64,000 nt of DNA from an uncultured Eubacteriales bacterium. GTDB lineage: Bacteria > Bacillota > Clostridia > Oscillospirales > CAG-272. Of the stretch, positions 36,893 to 45,355 are shown one piece after another. How positions within the stretch are numbered: position 1 is the first letter of the stretch; the number at the start of each line of letters is the position of its first letter. The notes beneath the pieces were generated by a model. That model did not search any database. It was not told where the DNA came from and was given only the letters and a program-made list of their open reading frames with translations. The DNA is taken from assembly GCA_900542425.1 (NCBI GenBank), contig UQNQ01000001.1, positions 64,541 to 128,540 of the forward strand, in the 5' to 3' direction. The position numbers and the translations under genes were made by a program.

Positions 36893-36945
36893 GGTATTTT
36901 TCATATCTCCCGCCCGGCTCCTTCCCGTTAAATATGAAAAATACC
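36893..36945. repeat. Perfect 14-bp inverted repeat with a 25-nt C-rich loop in the mecA/trpS divergent spacer
   Basis: GGTATTTTTCATAT (36893-36906) and ATATGAAAAATACC (36932-36945) flank CTCCCGCCCGGCTCCTTCCCGTTAA. Confidence 0.8.
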
Positions 36946-36995
36946 CTTACTACGGCTGTTTTTGGATTTTGAAATCTGTTTTTTTCTTCTGCTAC

Positions 36996-37023
36996 TTGAA
37001 AAAATATGAGAATGTGGTATGAT
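36996..37023 (+). promoter_or_regulatory. Promoter candidate for trpS (TTGAAA-16-TGgTATGAT)
   Basis: TTGAAA at 36996-37001 and an extended -10 TGGTATGAT ending at 37023. Confidence 0.5.
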
Positions 37024-37082
37024 ATTGGTAAGCATAGACAGCTTAGGGTTTACGGATAATCAAGAAATTTGAGGTAAAATAA

Positions 37083-38099
37083 ATGGAATTTACGACAGAT
37101 AAAAAAACGGCATTTCCCGGTGCGCAACCCAGCGGAAATCTTACGATAGGAAATTATCTCGGTGCGCTGCGCAACTGGGTGAAGCTGCAAAATGATTTAT
37201 GCAAGGATTATAATTTTCTTTATGCTGTGATGGACATGCATGCCATCACAGTGCGCCAGGTGCCTGCGGATTTACGCCGTCGGACGATGGAAACCGTTGC
37301 AATCTATATGGCATGCGGCATTGATCCTGAAAAAAGCCTTCTGTTTGTGCAGAGCCATGTTCCTGCTCATGCGCAGCTCGGCTGGGTACTGGATTGCTAT
37401 ACTATGTTCGGTGAGCTTTCCAGAATGACGCAATTTAAGGATAAAAGTGCAAAAAATGCACAAAATATCAATGCGGGACTTTTCACCTATCCTGCTCTGA
37501 TGGCTGCTGATATTTTGCTTTATCAGGCATCCCTTGTTCCTGTTGGAATCGATCAGAAGCAGCATATCGAGATCACGCGCGATATTGCGGAACGGTTCAA
37601 TCAGATTTACGGAGAGACTTTTGTGATTCCGGAGGGGTATATCCCGGAAACGGGAACCAAGATCTGCTCGCTTGCCGATCCTTCCAAAAAAATGAGCAAG
37701 TCGGATGAAAATCCGAACGGCTGCGTTTTGATATTGGATTCTAAAGACGATATTATCCGTAAATTCAAAAGAGCTGTGACGGATAGCGATACGGTGGTTC
37801 GATATGCCGATGGCAAAGATGGAATCAACAATCTGATGACCATTTATTCCTGTTTTACAGGGAAGTCTTTTGATGAAATCGAAAGAGAATTCGACGGACG
37901 CGGTTACGGAGATTTCAAGCTTGCTGTCGGGGAGAGCTGCGCTGACGGGCTTGCGCCGATTCAGGAAACATATCGCAGACTGATGGCTGATCGCGCATAT
38001 TTGGAGAATCTGCTTAAGGAGAACGCGGAAAAAGCGTCGTATATCGCGCGTCGCACACTTTCCAAGGTGTACCGCAAAATCGGCTTTTTGGCCGTATAA
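37083..38099 (+). CDS. trpS: Tryptophan--tRNA ligase
   Basis: Class I signatures GAQPSGNLTIGNY (HIGH-like) and KMSKS. 338 aa. Confidence 0.95.
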   Translation: MEFTTDKKTAFPGAQPSGNLTIGNYLGALRNWVKLQNDLCKDYNFLYAVMDMHAITVRQVPADLRRRTMETVAIYMACGIDPEKSLLFVQSHVPAHAQLGWVLDCYTMFGELSRMTQFKDKSAKNAQNINAGLFTYPALMAADILLYQASLVPVGIDQKQHIEITRDIAERFNQIYGETFVIPEGYIPETGTKICSLADPSKKMSKSDENPNGCVLILDSKDDIIRKFKRAVTDSDTVVRYADGKDGINNLMTIYSCFTGKSFDEIEREFDGRGYGDFKLAVGESCADGLAPIQETYRRLMADRAYLENLLKENAEKASYIARRTLSKVYRKIGFLAV

Positions 38100-38115
38100 C
38101 TTTGAGGATAAAATC

Positions 38116-39216
38116 ATGCCGGATTTCGTTTTTACGTCAGAAACAATGTTTTGTCTGCTTGCCATTTGTGCGGCGTTTGCCGTTTCTTTGGCTGCGACTC
38201 CACTTGCCGGAAAACTCGCTGCAAAATGCGGTTGCTTTGACCGGCCGGACGGCGCGCGTAAGCTTCATAAGGTTCCCGTGCCGTATTTCGGGGGACTTGC
38301 TATTCTTGCAGGGTTTGTTTGTTCGGTAGTGATTTTTTCGTTTGTTATGCTGGATACAATCCCGCAGAACATCGCGGTGATGGTCATCGGCGGAATGAGC
38401 ATTTGTTTTGTCGGCGTAATTGACGACATGTACGACATGCCCGCGCTGCTGAAACTGTTCTTTCAAATTGCGGTTTCTGCTTTTACAGCCTGCTTTGGCG
38501 GGGCGATTGAATACACGACGATTTTAGATAAAACGATCGTACTGGGAGCTTTTTCGGTGCCTGTAACCGTACTTTGGATGGTTCTCATTATCAATGCGGT
38601 AAATTTGATCGATGGACTTGACGGACTGGCAAGTGGTGTTTCAGCTCTGGAATCGTTTGCGCTTCTTGTCACCTCCTTGATTATGGGAAATACGGTATGT
38701 ATGATCGCATCTGCCGCACTTTGCGGCGCTGTGCTTGGTTTTTTGCCGTTCAATGCGAACCGTGCAACGATTTTTATGGGAGATGCGGGTTCGATGTTTA
38801 TCGGCTATGTGATGGCGTGTATTTCCGTTTTCGGATTGTTCAAGGCACAGGCTCTTTTTTCAATTGTTGTACCGGCGCTTATTTTTGCCTTGCCGATTTT
38901 GGATACGATGCTTGCCTTTTTCAGAAGAATCGCCAAGGGACAGAGTCCATTTAAAGCGGATCGTTCTCACCTTCATCATAAGCTGATTGACAGCGGCTTT
39001 ACACCGAAGCAGTCTGTCATTGTGATTTACTGTGCGTCTGCGGTATTTTGTGTTGCCTCCATTCTGTTTATGAAATATAAAATTCTGTCGGGAGTACTTG
39101 TGCTTGCGGATCTTGTGCTTTTGGAGATCTTTAAGCATTGGCGATGGTTTTTCGGTGGAAAAGAGAAACCGTTACCGCAAAAAGCGTCTGCCGAGAACGC
39201 CGAGAAATCCGGCTGA
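38116..39216 (+). CDS. Glycosyltransferase family 4 polyprenyl-phosphate sugar-1-phosphate transferase (TagO/WecA/MraY-like)
   Basis: NAVNLIDGLDGLASG and FMGDAGSMFIGY in a multi-TM protein. Confidence 0.85.
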   Translation: MPDFVFTSETMFCLLAICAAFAVSLAATPLAGKLAAKCGCFDRPDGARKLHKVPVPYFGGLAILAGFVCSVVIFSFVMLDTIPQNIAVMVIGGMSICFVGVIDDMYDMPALLKLFFQIAVSAFTACFGGAIEYTTILDKTIVLGAFSVPVTVLWMVLIINAVNLIDGLDGLASGVSALESFALLVTSLIMGNTVCMIASAALCGAVLGFLPFNANRATIFMGDAGSMFIGYVMACISVFGLFKAQALFSIVVPALIFALPILDTMLAFFRRIAKGQSPFKADRSHLHHKLIDSGFTPKQSVIVIYCASAVFCVASILFMKYKILSGVLVLADLVLLEIFKHWRWFFGGKEKPLPQKASAENAEKSG

Positions 39217-39241
39217 TTTTTAAAGGAAAGGAAGAACGGTT

Positions 39242-40012
39242 TTGTTAAAAAAAATATTTGCCAATAAAAATGTTTTGACAATGATGTCTATTCTGTCCGT
39301 TCTTCTTGCTTTTGCGCTTGTCTGCGCGCTCTGTTTATTTGCGATGGATAGACTTGGAATTGTCAAATTGTCTTTTTCCGCTTCTCAAGAAACGGGCGGC
39401 GTCTCTGCGGAAACGGACTTTCCTTTGCCCGCGCATACCGCAAAGACGCCTTCTGTTTCCGCTGTAACCGGAGGAATTCCGGTGTTTGAAACGGTGATAG
39501 AGGATATTCCTTTTTCAGACAGCTATTATATCAAGATGCAAATATCCGCCGATCAGACGGCAGGAGATGATTTGCCGGAACCGGGGACTTATGAAATATG
39601 GCGCTATGGCGATAAATATAAAATTCACCGATACAACAGCAATAATGAAACAGAACTTGTTGTTACATGTGACGGGAACCGCCTGCAGGTCATTGATTAT
39701 CTCAATACGTCCAGCATGTATTATGATGTTTCCGACGGATATACCTTTGAAAAGGTAGCGCCGTATCCGGATTTTCATTTCCTTTCCGATGTTGAGTATG
39801 AAATATTTGAATATTCGGAATCCGAAGATATTTGCAGTGCAGCGCTGGAATATGCTTCGCTTTCTACGGTCGATAATATTGTTTTTTCTATGTCAACCGG
39901 AATGCTTCATTCTTTTTCCCGTTACCGCGCCGGACGAATCATATGGAAAATTGACATGCTTTCCTTTGATTTGGATTTTGATTTCATGGATTATATGTTC
40001 AGCATCAATTAG
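39242..40012 (+). CDS. Hypothetical N-terminally anchored protein
   Basis: TTG start 7 nt after AAAGGAAG, and one TM (MMSILSVLLAFALVCALCLFA). No family recognised. Confidence 0.5.
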   Translation: MLKKIFANKNVLTMMSILSVLLAFALVCALCLFAMDRLGIVKLSFSASQETGGVSAETDFPLPAHTAKTPSVSAVTGGIPVFETVIEDIPFSDSYYIKMQISADQTAGDDLPEPGTYEIWRYGDKYKIHRYNSNNETELVVTCDGNRLQVIDYLNTSSMYYDVSDGYTFEKVAPYPDFHFLSDVEYEIFEYSESEDICSAALEYASLSTVDNIVFSMSTGMLHSFSRYRAGRIIWKIDMLSFDLDFDFMDYMFSIN

Positions 40013-40015
40013 AAA

Positions 40016-40321
40016 TTAAGTAAGAATAATGGCAAGAATGACCGTTAAAAGCGCAAGATTGTCTCCGGAATCGCCGTGAAGCATTGCAAGAAGCAGACCG
40101 AACATAAGAAGGTCTTCCGCAGATATTTTTTCGAGCAATCCGCTGAGTCCCCCAAATAGCCCTGCCGGCTTTGCTTCGGACGGAGGCATTTCAGATGGCG
40201 TCGCGTGTTTCGGCTTTGGCGCTTCTTGTTTTTCCGGAATCGGCGGTTCCGGTTCGTATTTTTTATCTTCCGCATACATACTTCCATTGTAGTCCGGCGG
40301 AACTGTAATTTTAGGTCTCAT
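40016..40321 (-). CDS. Hypothetical small protein with a Pro/Glu-rich middle and a C-terminal hydrophobic tail
   Basis: Third gene of a three-gene small-protein operon, ending in LLMFGLLLAMLHGDSGDNLALLTVILAIILT. The start codon is ambiguous: 40321, 40279 or TTG 40414. Confidence 0.35.
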   Translation of the reverse strand: MRPKITVPPDYNGSMYAEDKKYEPEPPIPEKQEAPKPKHATPSEMPPSEAKPAGLFGGLSGLLEKISAEDLLMFGLLLAMLHGDSGDNLALLTVILAIILT

Positions 40322-40376
40322 CCTTGCGTCAGGTTCAATAGAACCATAGCTTCGGCTATAAATTTTTGTCACCCCC

Positions 40377-40763
40377 TCACATAAAATTCTTGAAGTAGCC
40401 TGCCATTTCGGCAAGCCGCATCATATTCAGCATTTTATCGACTTTCTCTCTGCGCTTGTCATCAAGATAGGGCTTTAGTGCGGCGAGCAGCGCGCGTGTG
40501 TTTTTGATGTTTCTTGCGAGTCCCGGTTCCGGAGCCAATGATGCAGGAAGCGTTGTTTCTTCCGTTTTGGAAGCCGCTTCAGACGATACATCGGCAGTGT
40601 CTGCGGATGCGTCTGCCGGCATTGGTTCTGCTGACACATCTTCCGCTGCCGGAGACCCTTTTCCTTCCGTTTCCGTCATGGTATCGGCAAGAGATTTGAT
40701 TTGTGCCATCATGGCGGGGTTGGACAGGAGCTTGTCGAGCTTAGCGCTAAAATCATCGTTCAT
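40377..40763 (-). CDS. Hypothetical small protein with an acidic disordered centre
   Basis: SD GGAGG 9 nt upstream and an ATGA overlap with the upstream gene. No family recognised. Confidence 0.5.
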   Translation of the reverse strand: MNDDFSAKLDKLLSNPAMMAQIKSLADTMTETEGKGSPAAEDVSAEPMPADASADTADVSSEAASKTEETTLPASLAPEPGLARNIKNTRALLAALKPYLDDKRREKVDKMLNMMRLAEMAGYFKNFM

Positions 40764-41014
40764 CCCATACCGCCTCCGTTAAGCGTTTTGAAAATGATTT
40801 CTGCGCGGTCACGTCCGACATTTTGTATGAGTCGGTTGATATCATCCGGACCTGCTCTTTTCAGCATGGTGCGTATTTTTGAGATATCCGCAGTTTGAGA
40901 TGCGGCTATTTTTTCATCAAAGCCGATTGCGGACGCAATTAGGCGTACTTTGTTTTTTAACTCCTCATCGCTGAGGGAAAGTAATGAATCGAGCATTTTT
41001 TGATTGATTTCCAT
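40760..41014 (-). CDS. Hypothetical small helical protein (84 aa)
   Basis: ATG 41014 sits 5 nt after GGAGG. The product begins MEINQKMLDSLLSLSDEELKNKV. No family recognised. Confidence 0.5.
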   Translation of the reverse strand: MEINQKMLDSLLSLSDEELKNKVRLIASAIGFDEKIAASQTADISKIRTMLKRAGPDDINRLIQNVGRDRAEIIFKTLNGGGMG

Positions 41015-41227
41015 CGTGACCTCCATGCCGCTCGGAACGGCGAGTTTTGATTTTTTATGATCGGCGGAAGCGTATTCCTGCCGGCGTATGCCGGATTCCT
41101 GAATGGTCGCTTTTCATGGTATATTCTATGCCGTGATTTTTTCTTTTGCCACTTTTTCTCCGATATTTCAAAGAGGCTTTTCAAAAACATCTTTACTATT
41201 ATCTATATTTCGGATTCAGGAGGATTT

Positions 41228-41749
41228 ATGAGATATACACCCAAAAAAAACGGAACTGCCAAAATCATTTCTTTTACTTGTGTGTTGGTTGGATGTCTTT
41301 TGCTTGCTACTGTGTTTTTAGATGTAAAATATAAGGTGATTTATGAAATCATAGCCTTGCTTTTTTATGTTTACAGTTTTGAGCTTTTGTATCGGTATGT
41401 TTTTACGGAATATACTTATATTCTGGATGAAGGGAATTTTATTGTCATGAAACGCATGGGACGTCGTCAGATGTATGCCTGCAATGTTTCCATGACAACA
41501 GCTCTGGATATTGTGAAAACGCCGAAAACCAAGGATGAGCGGATTGCTTTCGCGGAAAAATTCGGTCGTGTGAAGGTTCGTTATAATTATTGTCAGGTGA
41601 TTCGCCCGAAGGATGCGTATTCCTATTTGTTCGAATTTAACGGGGAAACTGCTGAAATTGTTTTTCAGCCGGATGATAGAATGCTTGAGGAAATCCGTCG
41701 GACGGCAGCAGCAAATGGGGCGTCAGACGATACGGAAAATTCCTTGTGA
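41228..41749 (+). CDS. Hypothetical two-TM membrane protein
   Basis: ATG 41228 lies after CAGGAGGA. It has two N-terminal hydrophobic helices and then a soluble domain. No family recognised. Confidence 0.55.
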   Translation: MRYTPKKNGTAKIISFTCVLVGCLLLATVFLDVKYKVIYEIIALLFYVYSFELLYRYVFTEYTYILDEGNFIVMKRMGRRQMYACNVSMTTALDIVKTPKTKDERIAFAEKFGRVKVRYNYCQVIRPKDAYSYLFEFNGETAEIVFQPDDRMLEEIRRTAAANGASDDTENSL

Positions 41750-41801
41750 TATGCCCGCAGGCAATCTTAAAAGAAAATAGAAAATATTTCATGGTAAGTA
41801 C

Positions 41802-41830
41802 TTGAAAATTAGAATTGCTTCGTATATAAT
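41802..41830 (+). promoter_or_regulatory. Sigma-A promoter (TTGAAA-17-TATAAT) for acpP
   Basis: Hexamers at 41802-41807 and 41825-41830. Confidence 0.6.
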
Positions 41831-41874
41831 GACGTTAGCCATAAGATATCGTATTTTAGGAGGGAAAGAAAAAA

Positions 41875-42102
41875 ATGCTTGAGGCGGTTAAAGATATTCT
41901 TTCAAAGCAGTTAAGAGTCGACATCGACAGCATTACGGAGGACACGAGAATTGTAGATGACTTAGGTGCAGATTCACTTGATGTTGTGGAAATGTTGATG
42001 ACAATCGAACAGGATTACGGCATTGTCGTTCCGGATGATGTAATTGCTACATTTAAAACGGTCGGAGATGTTGCCAAATATATTGAAAACAATCAGCAAT
42101 AA
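41875..42102 (+). CDS. acpP: Acyl carrier protein
   Basis: 75 aa with the phosphopantetheine site LGADSLDVVEMLM. SD AGGAGGG. Confidence 0.9.
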   Translation: MLEAVKDILSKQLRVDIDSITEDTRIVDDLGADSLDVVEMLMTIEQDYGIVVPDDVIATFKTVGDVAKYIENNQQ

Positions 42103-42116
42103 AAAAACAAAATCAA

Positions 42117-42148
42117 AAGGGGCGCCGTTTTTATATCGGCGCCTTTTT
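42117..42148 (+). terminator. Rho-independent terminator after acpP
   Basis: GGCGCCG...CGGCGCC stem followed by TTTTT. Confidence 0.75.
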
Positions 42149-42190
42149 CAGCGTTTCATATCTGTGGGAGTTTTCCTCTCCCTGTAGATA

Positions 42191-42219
42191 TTGACTTTTT
42201 CCGCTGTGCGCGGTATAAT
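42191..42219 (+). promoter_or_regulatory. Sigma-A promoter (TTGACT-17-TATAAT) for the nusB operon
   Basis: Hexamers at 42191-42196 and 42214-42219. Confidence 0.6.
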
Positions 42220-42285
42220 GAAAAAGAATTTTATCGGCTGCGCGGGGGAATGCGCAAATCTGCTTTTGCCGGAAGGAAATATTTT

Positions 42286-42702
42286 ATGGCAGCAATTACA
42301 AGACGCGCCGCAAGGGAATGTGCGCTCAAAATTCTTTACAGCTATGATTTTCAGTCAGATGAAAGTCCGGAGGCTTTTTTTGCGCTTGTATGTGAAGAGG
42401 CTGAGATTCCATTCGATGCCTTCGCAAAGGAGCTTTTTTGCGGTACGGTAGCACATATGACGGAAATTGATGAAAAAATTGCCGAGTATGCAAAGGGCTG
42501 GCGGCTTGATCGGATTGCGCATGTGTCTCTTGCTGTCCTGCGGCTTTGTACCTATGAGATGATGTATACGGAAATTCCGACGCCGATTGCGATCAATGAA
42601 GCCGTAGAGCTTGCCAAAAGCTATGACAATAACGAGGCGCCTGCTTTCATTAACGGAATTCTCAATACGATCGCCAAAAAAGAAAGAGGCGCCGGAACAT
42701 GA
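42286..42702 (+). CDS. nusB: Transcription antitermination factor NusB
   Basis: RRAARECALKILYSYDF...AVLRLCTYEM...AINEAVELAK...FINGILN. The start is moved to MAAITRR. Confidence 0.9.
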   Translation: MAAITRRAARECALKILYSYDFQSDESPEAFFALVCEEAEIPFDAFAKELFCGTVAHMTEIDEKIAEYAKGWRLDRIAHVSLAVLRLCTYEMMYTEIPTPIAINEAVELAKSYDNNEAPAFINGILNTIAKKERGAGT

Positions 42703-43652
42703 GAGTGCTGGGTATCGATACAAGCAATTATACAACCTCAGCGGCGCTGGTGGATGAGACGGGCTTCCGGCAGGAACGGAGGCTTCTTTCAGTTGGTGAG
42801 GGTGAGCGCGGACTCCGGCAAAGGGACGCGCTTTTTTTGCATACGGTGAATTTGCCGAAACTGATGCATGCGCTCTCTCCAATGGGAAAAATCGATGCGG
42901 TGGCTTACAGCGCGTATCCAAGGGATGCCGAGGGCTCTTATATGCCGTGCTTTCTTGCGGGTGAGGCGTCAGGTGAAGCGATATCGGCAGCGCTTGGCAT
43001 CCCGGCATATCGCTTCTCCCATCAGGCGGGACATCTGATGGCTGCCGTAAAAACCTGCGGCTGTGAAAAAATCGGGGAAAGTGCGTTCCTTGCTTTTCAT
43101 CTTTCCGGCGGGACAACGGAGCTTTTGCATGTTCGACCGGATGAAAAAACCGGCTTTGCAGTCGATATTATCGGCAGAACGCTTGATATTTCGGCGGGGC
43201 AGCTGATTGACCGGGTCGGCGTGATGCTTGGGTTGCCGTTCCCGTGCGGAGGAGCGCTTGAACGTCTGGCGGAAGATTCCAATACGGTTCAGCCGATGCG
43301 TGTTTGCGTGAAAGGTGCTGACTGTAATATGTCCGGCGCTGAAAATATGGCAGAGAAGCTCTTTGAAAATGGAATTCCCGCGTGTGATATTGCAAGATTT
43401 GCGATTGATTTTGTAACAAAAACAGTTGTCAAAATGTCAGAGGCGGCACGGATCAAGTACCCGTCTTTGCCAATTTTGTATGTCGGCGGCGTGATGCGCA
43501 ATGCCGCTATTCGCTTGACGCTTACAGCGGCATTTTCTGATATTTGGTTTGCCGAAACGGAGCTTTCCAGTGACAATGCCGTCGGGACCGCGTATCTTGG
43601 GCTTGCCAGACTGAAAAGGGAGAGAATGTGTTCATGGAAAGAAGAATCATAA
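42699..43652 (+). CDS. Kae1/TsaD (M22 glycoprotease) family protein, paralogue type
   Basis: MRVLGIDTSNYTTSAAL, His pair SHQAGHLMAA (HxxxH), FHLSGGTTELL and YVGGVMRNAAIR. ATGA overlap with nusB. Confidence 0.7.
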   Translation: MRVLGIDTSNYTTSAALVDETGFRQERRLLSVGEGERGLRQRDALFLHTVNLPKLMHALSPMGKIDAVAYSAYPRDAEGSYMPCFLAGEASGEAISAALGIPAYRFSHQAGHLMAAVKTCGCEKIGESAFLAFHLSGGTTELLHVRPDEKTGFAVDIIGRTLDISAGQLIDRVGVMLGLPFPCGGALERLAEDSNTVQPMRVCVKGADCNMSGAENMAEKLFENGIPACDIARFAIDFVTKTVVKMSEAARIKYPSLPILYVGGVMRNAAIRLTLTAAFSDIWFAETELSSDNAVGTAYLGLARLKRERMCSWKEES

Positions 43653-44857
43653 CGGTTTCCGAACTCAACGAATATATCAAAATGGTAGTGGAGAATGATG
43701 AGCTTCTGATGCGGATTTTCGTCAAAGGAGAAATCTCCAATTTTACCAACCATTATAAAACCGGTCATTTTTATTTTTCTCTGAAAGATGAGGGCGGTGC
43801 CGTGAAAGCGGTTATGTTTCGCGGCAACGCCTCCAAACTGCAATTTACGCCTGAAAACGGGATGCGTGTGATTGTTGGCGGTCGCGTCGGTGTTTTCCCG
43901 CGCGACGGACAGTACCAAATTTATGTGGAGACAATGGAGCCGGACGGAATCGGCGCTTTGTATATTGCGTACGAGCAGCTGAAAGCGAAGCTGGAGAGGG
44001 AAGGACTGTTTGACGCGGCAAAGAAGAAGCCGCTTCCGAAAATCCCGTTGAGGATCGGGGTGATTACATCGCCGACCGGAGCTGCAATCCGGGATATCAT
44101 TCATATTTTGGGCAGGAGATTCCCGCTTGCCAAGACCATTTTATATCCTGCTTTGGTGCAGGGGGCGGAGGCGGCGCCGGATCTTGTAAGAGGACTCGAT
44201 TATTTCAACCGTGAGGGAAACGTCGATGTCATTATCATCGGGCGCGGAGGCGGTTCCCTTGAAGATTTATGGGCGTTTAATGACGAAACACTGACGCGCC
44301 GTGTTGCGGCGTCACGGATTCCCGTCATATCTGCTGTAGGGCATGAGACGGATTTTACGCTCTGTGATTTTGCGGCTGACAGACGTGCCCCGACTCCTTC
44401 GGCAGCAGCTGAGATTGCCGTACCGGAAACGGGTGAGCTTATTCGCAAACTGGCAAATGTCACCGCCAGAATGGAGCTTCTTTTGACCGGAAATATAAAG
44501 CTCTTCCGCGAACGGCTGGCGAGGGCTGCCGGCGCGCGTGTTTTAAAAAATCCTATGTATTTTATCGATGACAAACGAATGGCGCTCAGTATGGAGGAAC
44601 GCGTTCTTTTCGATCGGATGAATGCTTTGCTTTCGGCACGGCGGGCCGCTTTCATGAAAGAGGCCGCAAAGCTTGACACCTTAAGCCCTTTGGCGGTGGT
44701 ATCCCGCGGATATGGAGCGGTATTCGACAGAGAGGGAAAGGTTGTCAAGAAAGCTATCGAAGTCAAGGCAGGAGAGCGACTCTCGCTGCTGCTTGCAGAC
44801 GGACGGGTTTTTACGACGGTAGACGAGGTTGTTCTAAACTGCGACAGCGGAAAATAA
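43634..44857 (+). CDS. xseA: Exodeoxyribonuclease VII large subunit
   Basis: ITVSELNEYIK...VKGEISNF...GHFYFSLKD (OB fold), then GVITSPTGAAIRDI and RGGGSLEDLWAFNDE. Confidence 0.9.
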   Translation: MERRIITVSELNEYIKMVVENDELLMRIFVKGEISNFTNHYKTGHFYFSLKDEGGAVKAVMFRGNASKLQFTPENGMRVIVGGRVGVFPRDGQYQIYVETMEPDGIGALYIAYEQLKAKLEREGLFDAAKKKPLPKIPLRIGVITSPTGAAIRDIIHILGRRFPLAKTILYPALVQGAEAAPDLVRGLDYFNREGNVDVIIIGRGGGSLEDLWAFNDETLTRRVAASRIPVISAVGHETDFTLCDFAADRRAPTPSAAAEIAVPETGELIRKLANVTARMELLLTGNIKLFRERLARAAGARVLKNPMYFIDDKRMALSMEERVLFDRMNALLSARRAAFMKEAAKLDTLSPLAVVSRGYGAVFDREGKVVKKAIEVKAGERLSLLLADGRVFTTVDEVVLNCDSGK

Positions 44858-45103
44858 AAGAAAAGAGAAGTTTTAACAGAGAGCGAGAGAAGTATTTTAC
44901 CGAGTATATTGTCGGAAATATAGGCGGCTTCCATATGGCAATTACCGGTGGAAATCATGTTTTTTTACCGAAAAATCGATGCTGTTCTGAAACCTGTCTT
45001 TGAAAAAGGTACTGGTGAGATTTCTTGCCGTCGGATATCCTTTCTTTATGGTTATTTGCCGTATTTTCTGTTGTAGGTATGCATATAAAAATGGAGGATT
45101 GTT

Positions 45104-45355
45104 ATGGCTGATAAAAAAACAAACATGACGTTTGAAGCGGCGCTTTCGCGTCTTGAGGAAATTGTTCGTTCCATGGAAGGCGGTACTGCCATGCTGGACG
45201 AGTCTCTTGCTCTTTTTGAAGAGGGTGTCGGACTTGTGAAATTCTGTACGAAAGCACTTGACGATGCGGAGCAAAAAGTAAAAATTCTTCAGAAAGAGGA
45301 TGACGGCACCGTTTCGGAAACGGATTTTTCCGGAACATCCGTCAAACAGTCATGA
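45104..45355 (+). CDS. xseB: Exodeoxyribonuclease VII small subunit
   Basis: FEAALSRLEEIVRSME.G...LDESLALFEEGVGL. Confidence 0.9.
   Translation: MADKKTNMTFEAALSRLEEIVRSMEGGTAMLDESLALFEEGVGLVKFCTKALDDAEQKVKILQKEDDGTVSETDFSGTSVKQS

Noticed and set aside
36805-37082. Looked for a Trp T-box leader upstream of trpS.
   Set aside because: I found no T-box 14-mer (AANNNGGGTGGTACCGCG-like), no specifier-loop/antiterminator arrangement and no terminator hairpin before the ATG. Only a promoter-like element and the inverted repeat reported separately are present.
37272-38165. A 297-aa minus-strand ORF covering almost all of trpS in antisense.
   Set aside because: It lies fully inside a confidently identified class I aaRS gene. 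It has no SD, its composition is skewed to R, S, I and F, and it matches no recognisable family. It is a typical antisense open frame in this GC range.
42355-44958. A run of long minus-strand ORFs (253, 271 and 252 aa) antisense to nusB, the Kae1-like gene and xseA.
   Set aside because: The products are Arg/Ser/Pro-rich and low in complexity. They have no SDs and overlap well-supported plus-strand genes, so I treat them as spurious.
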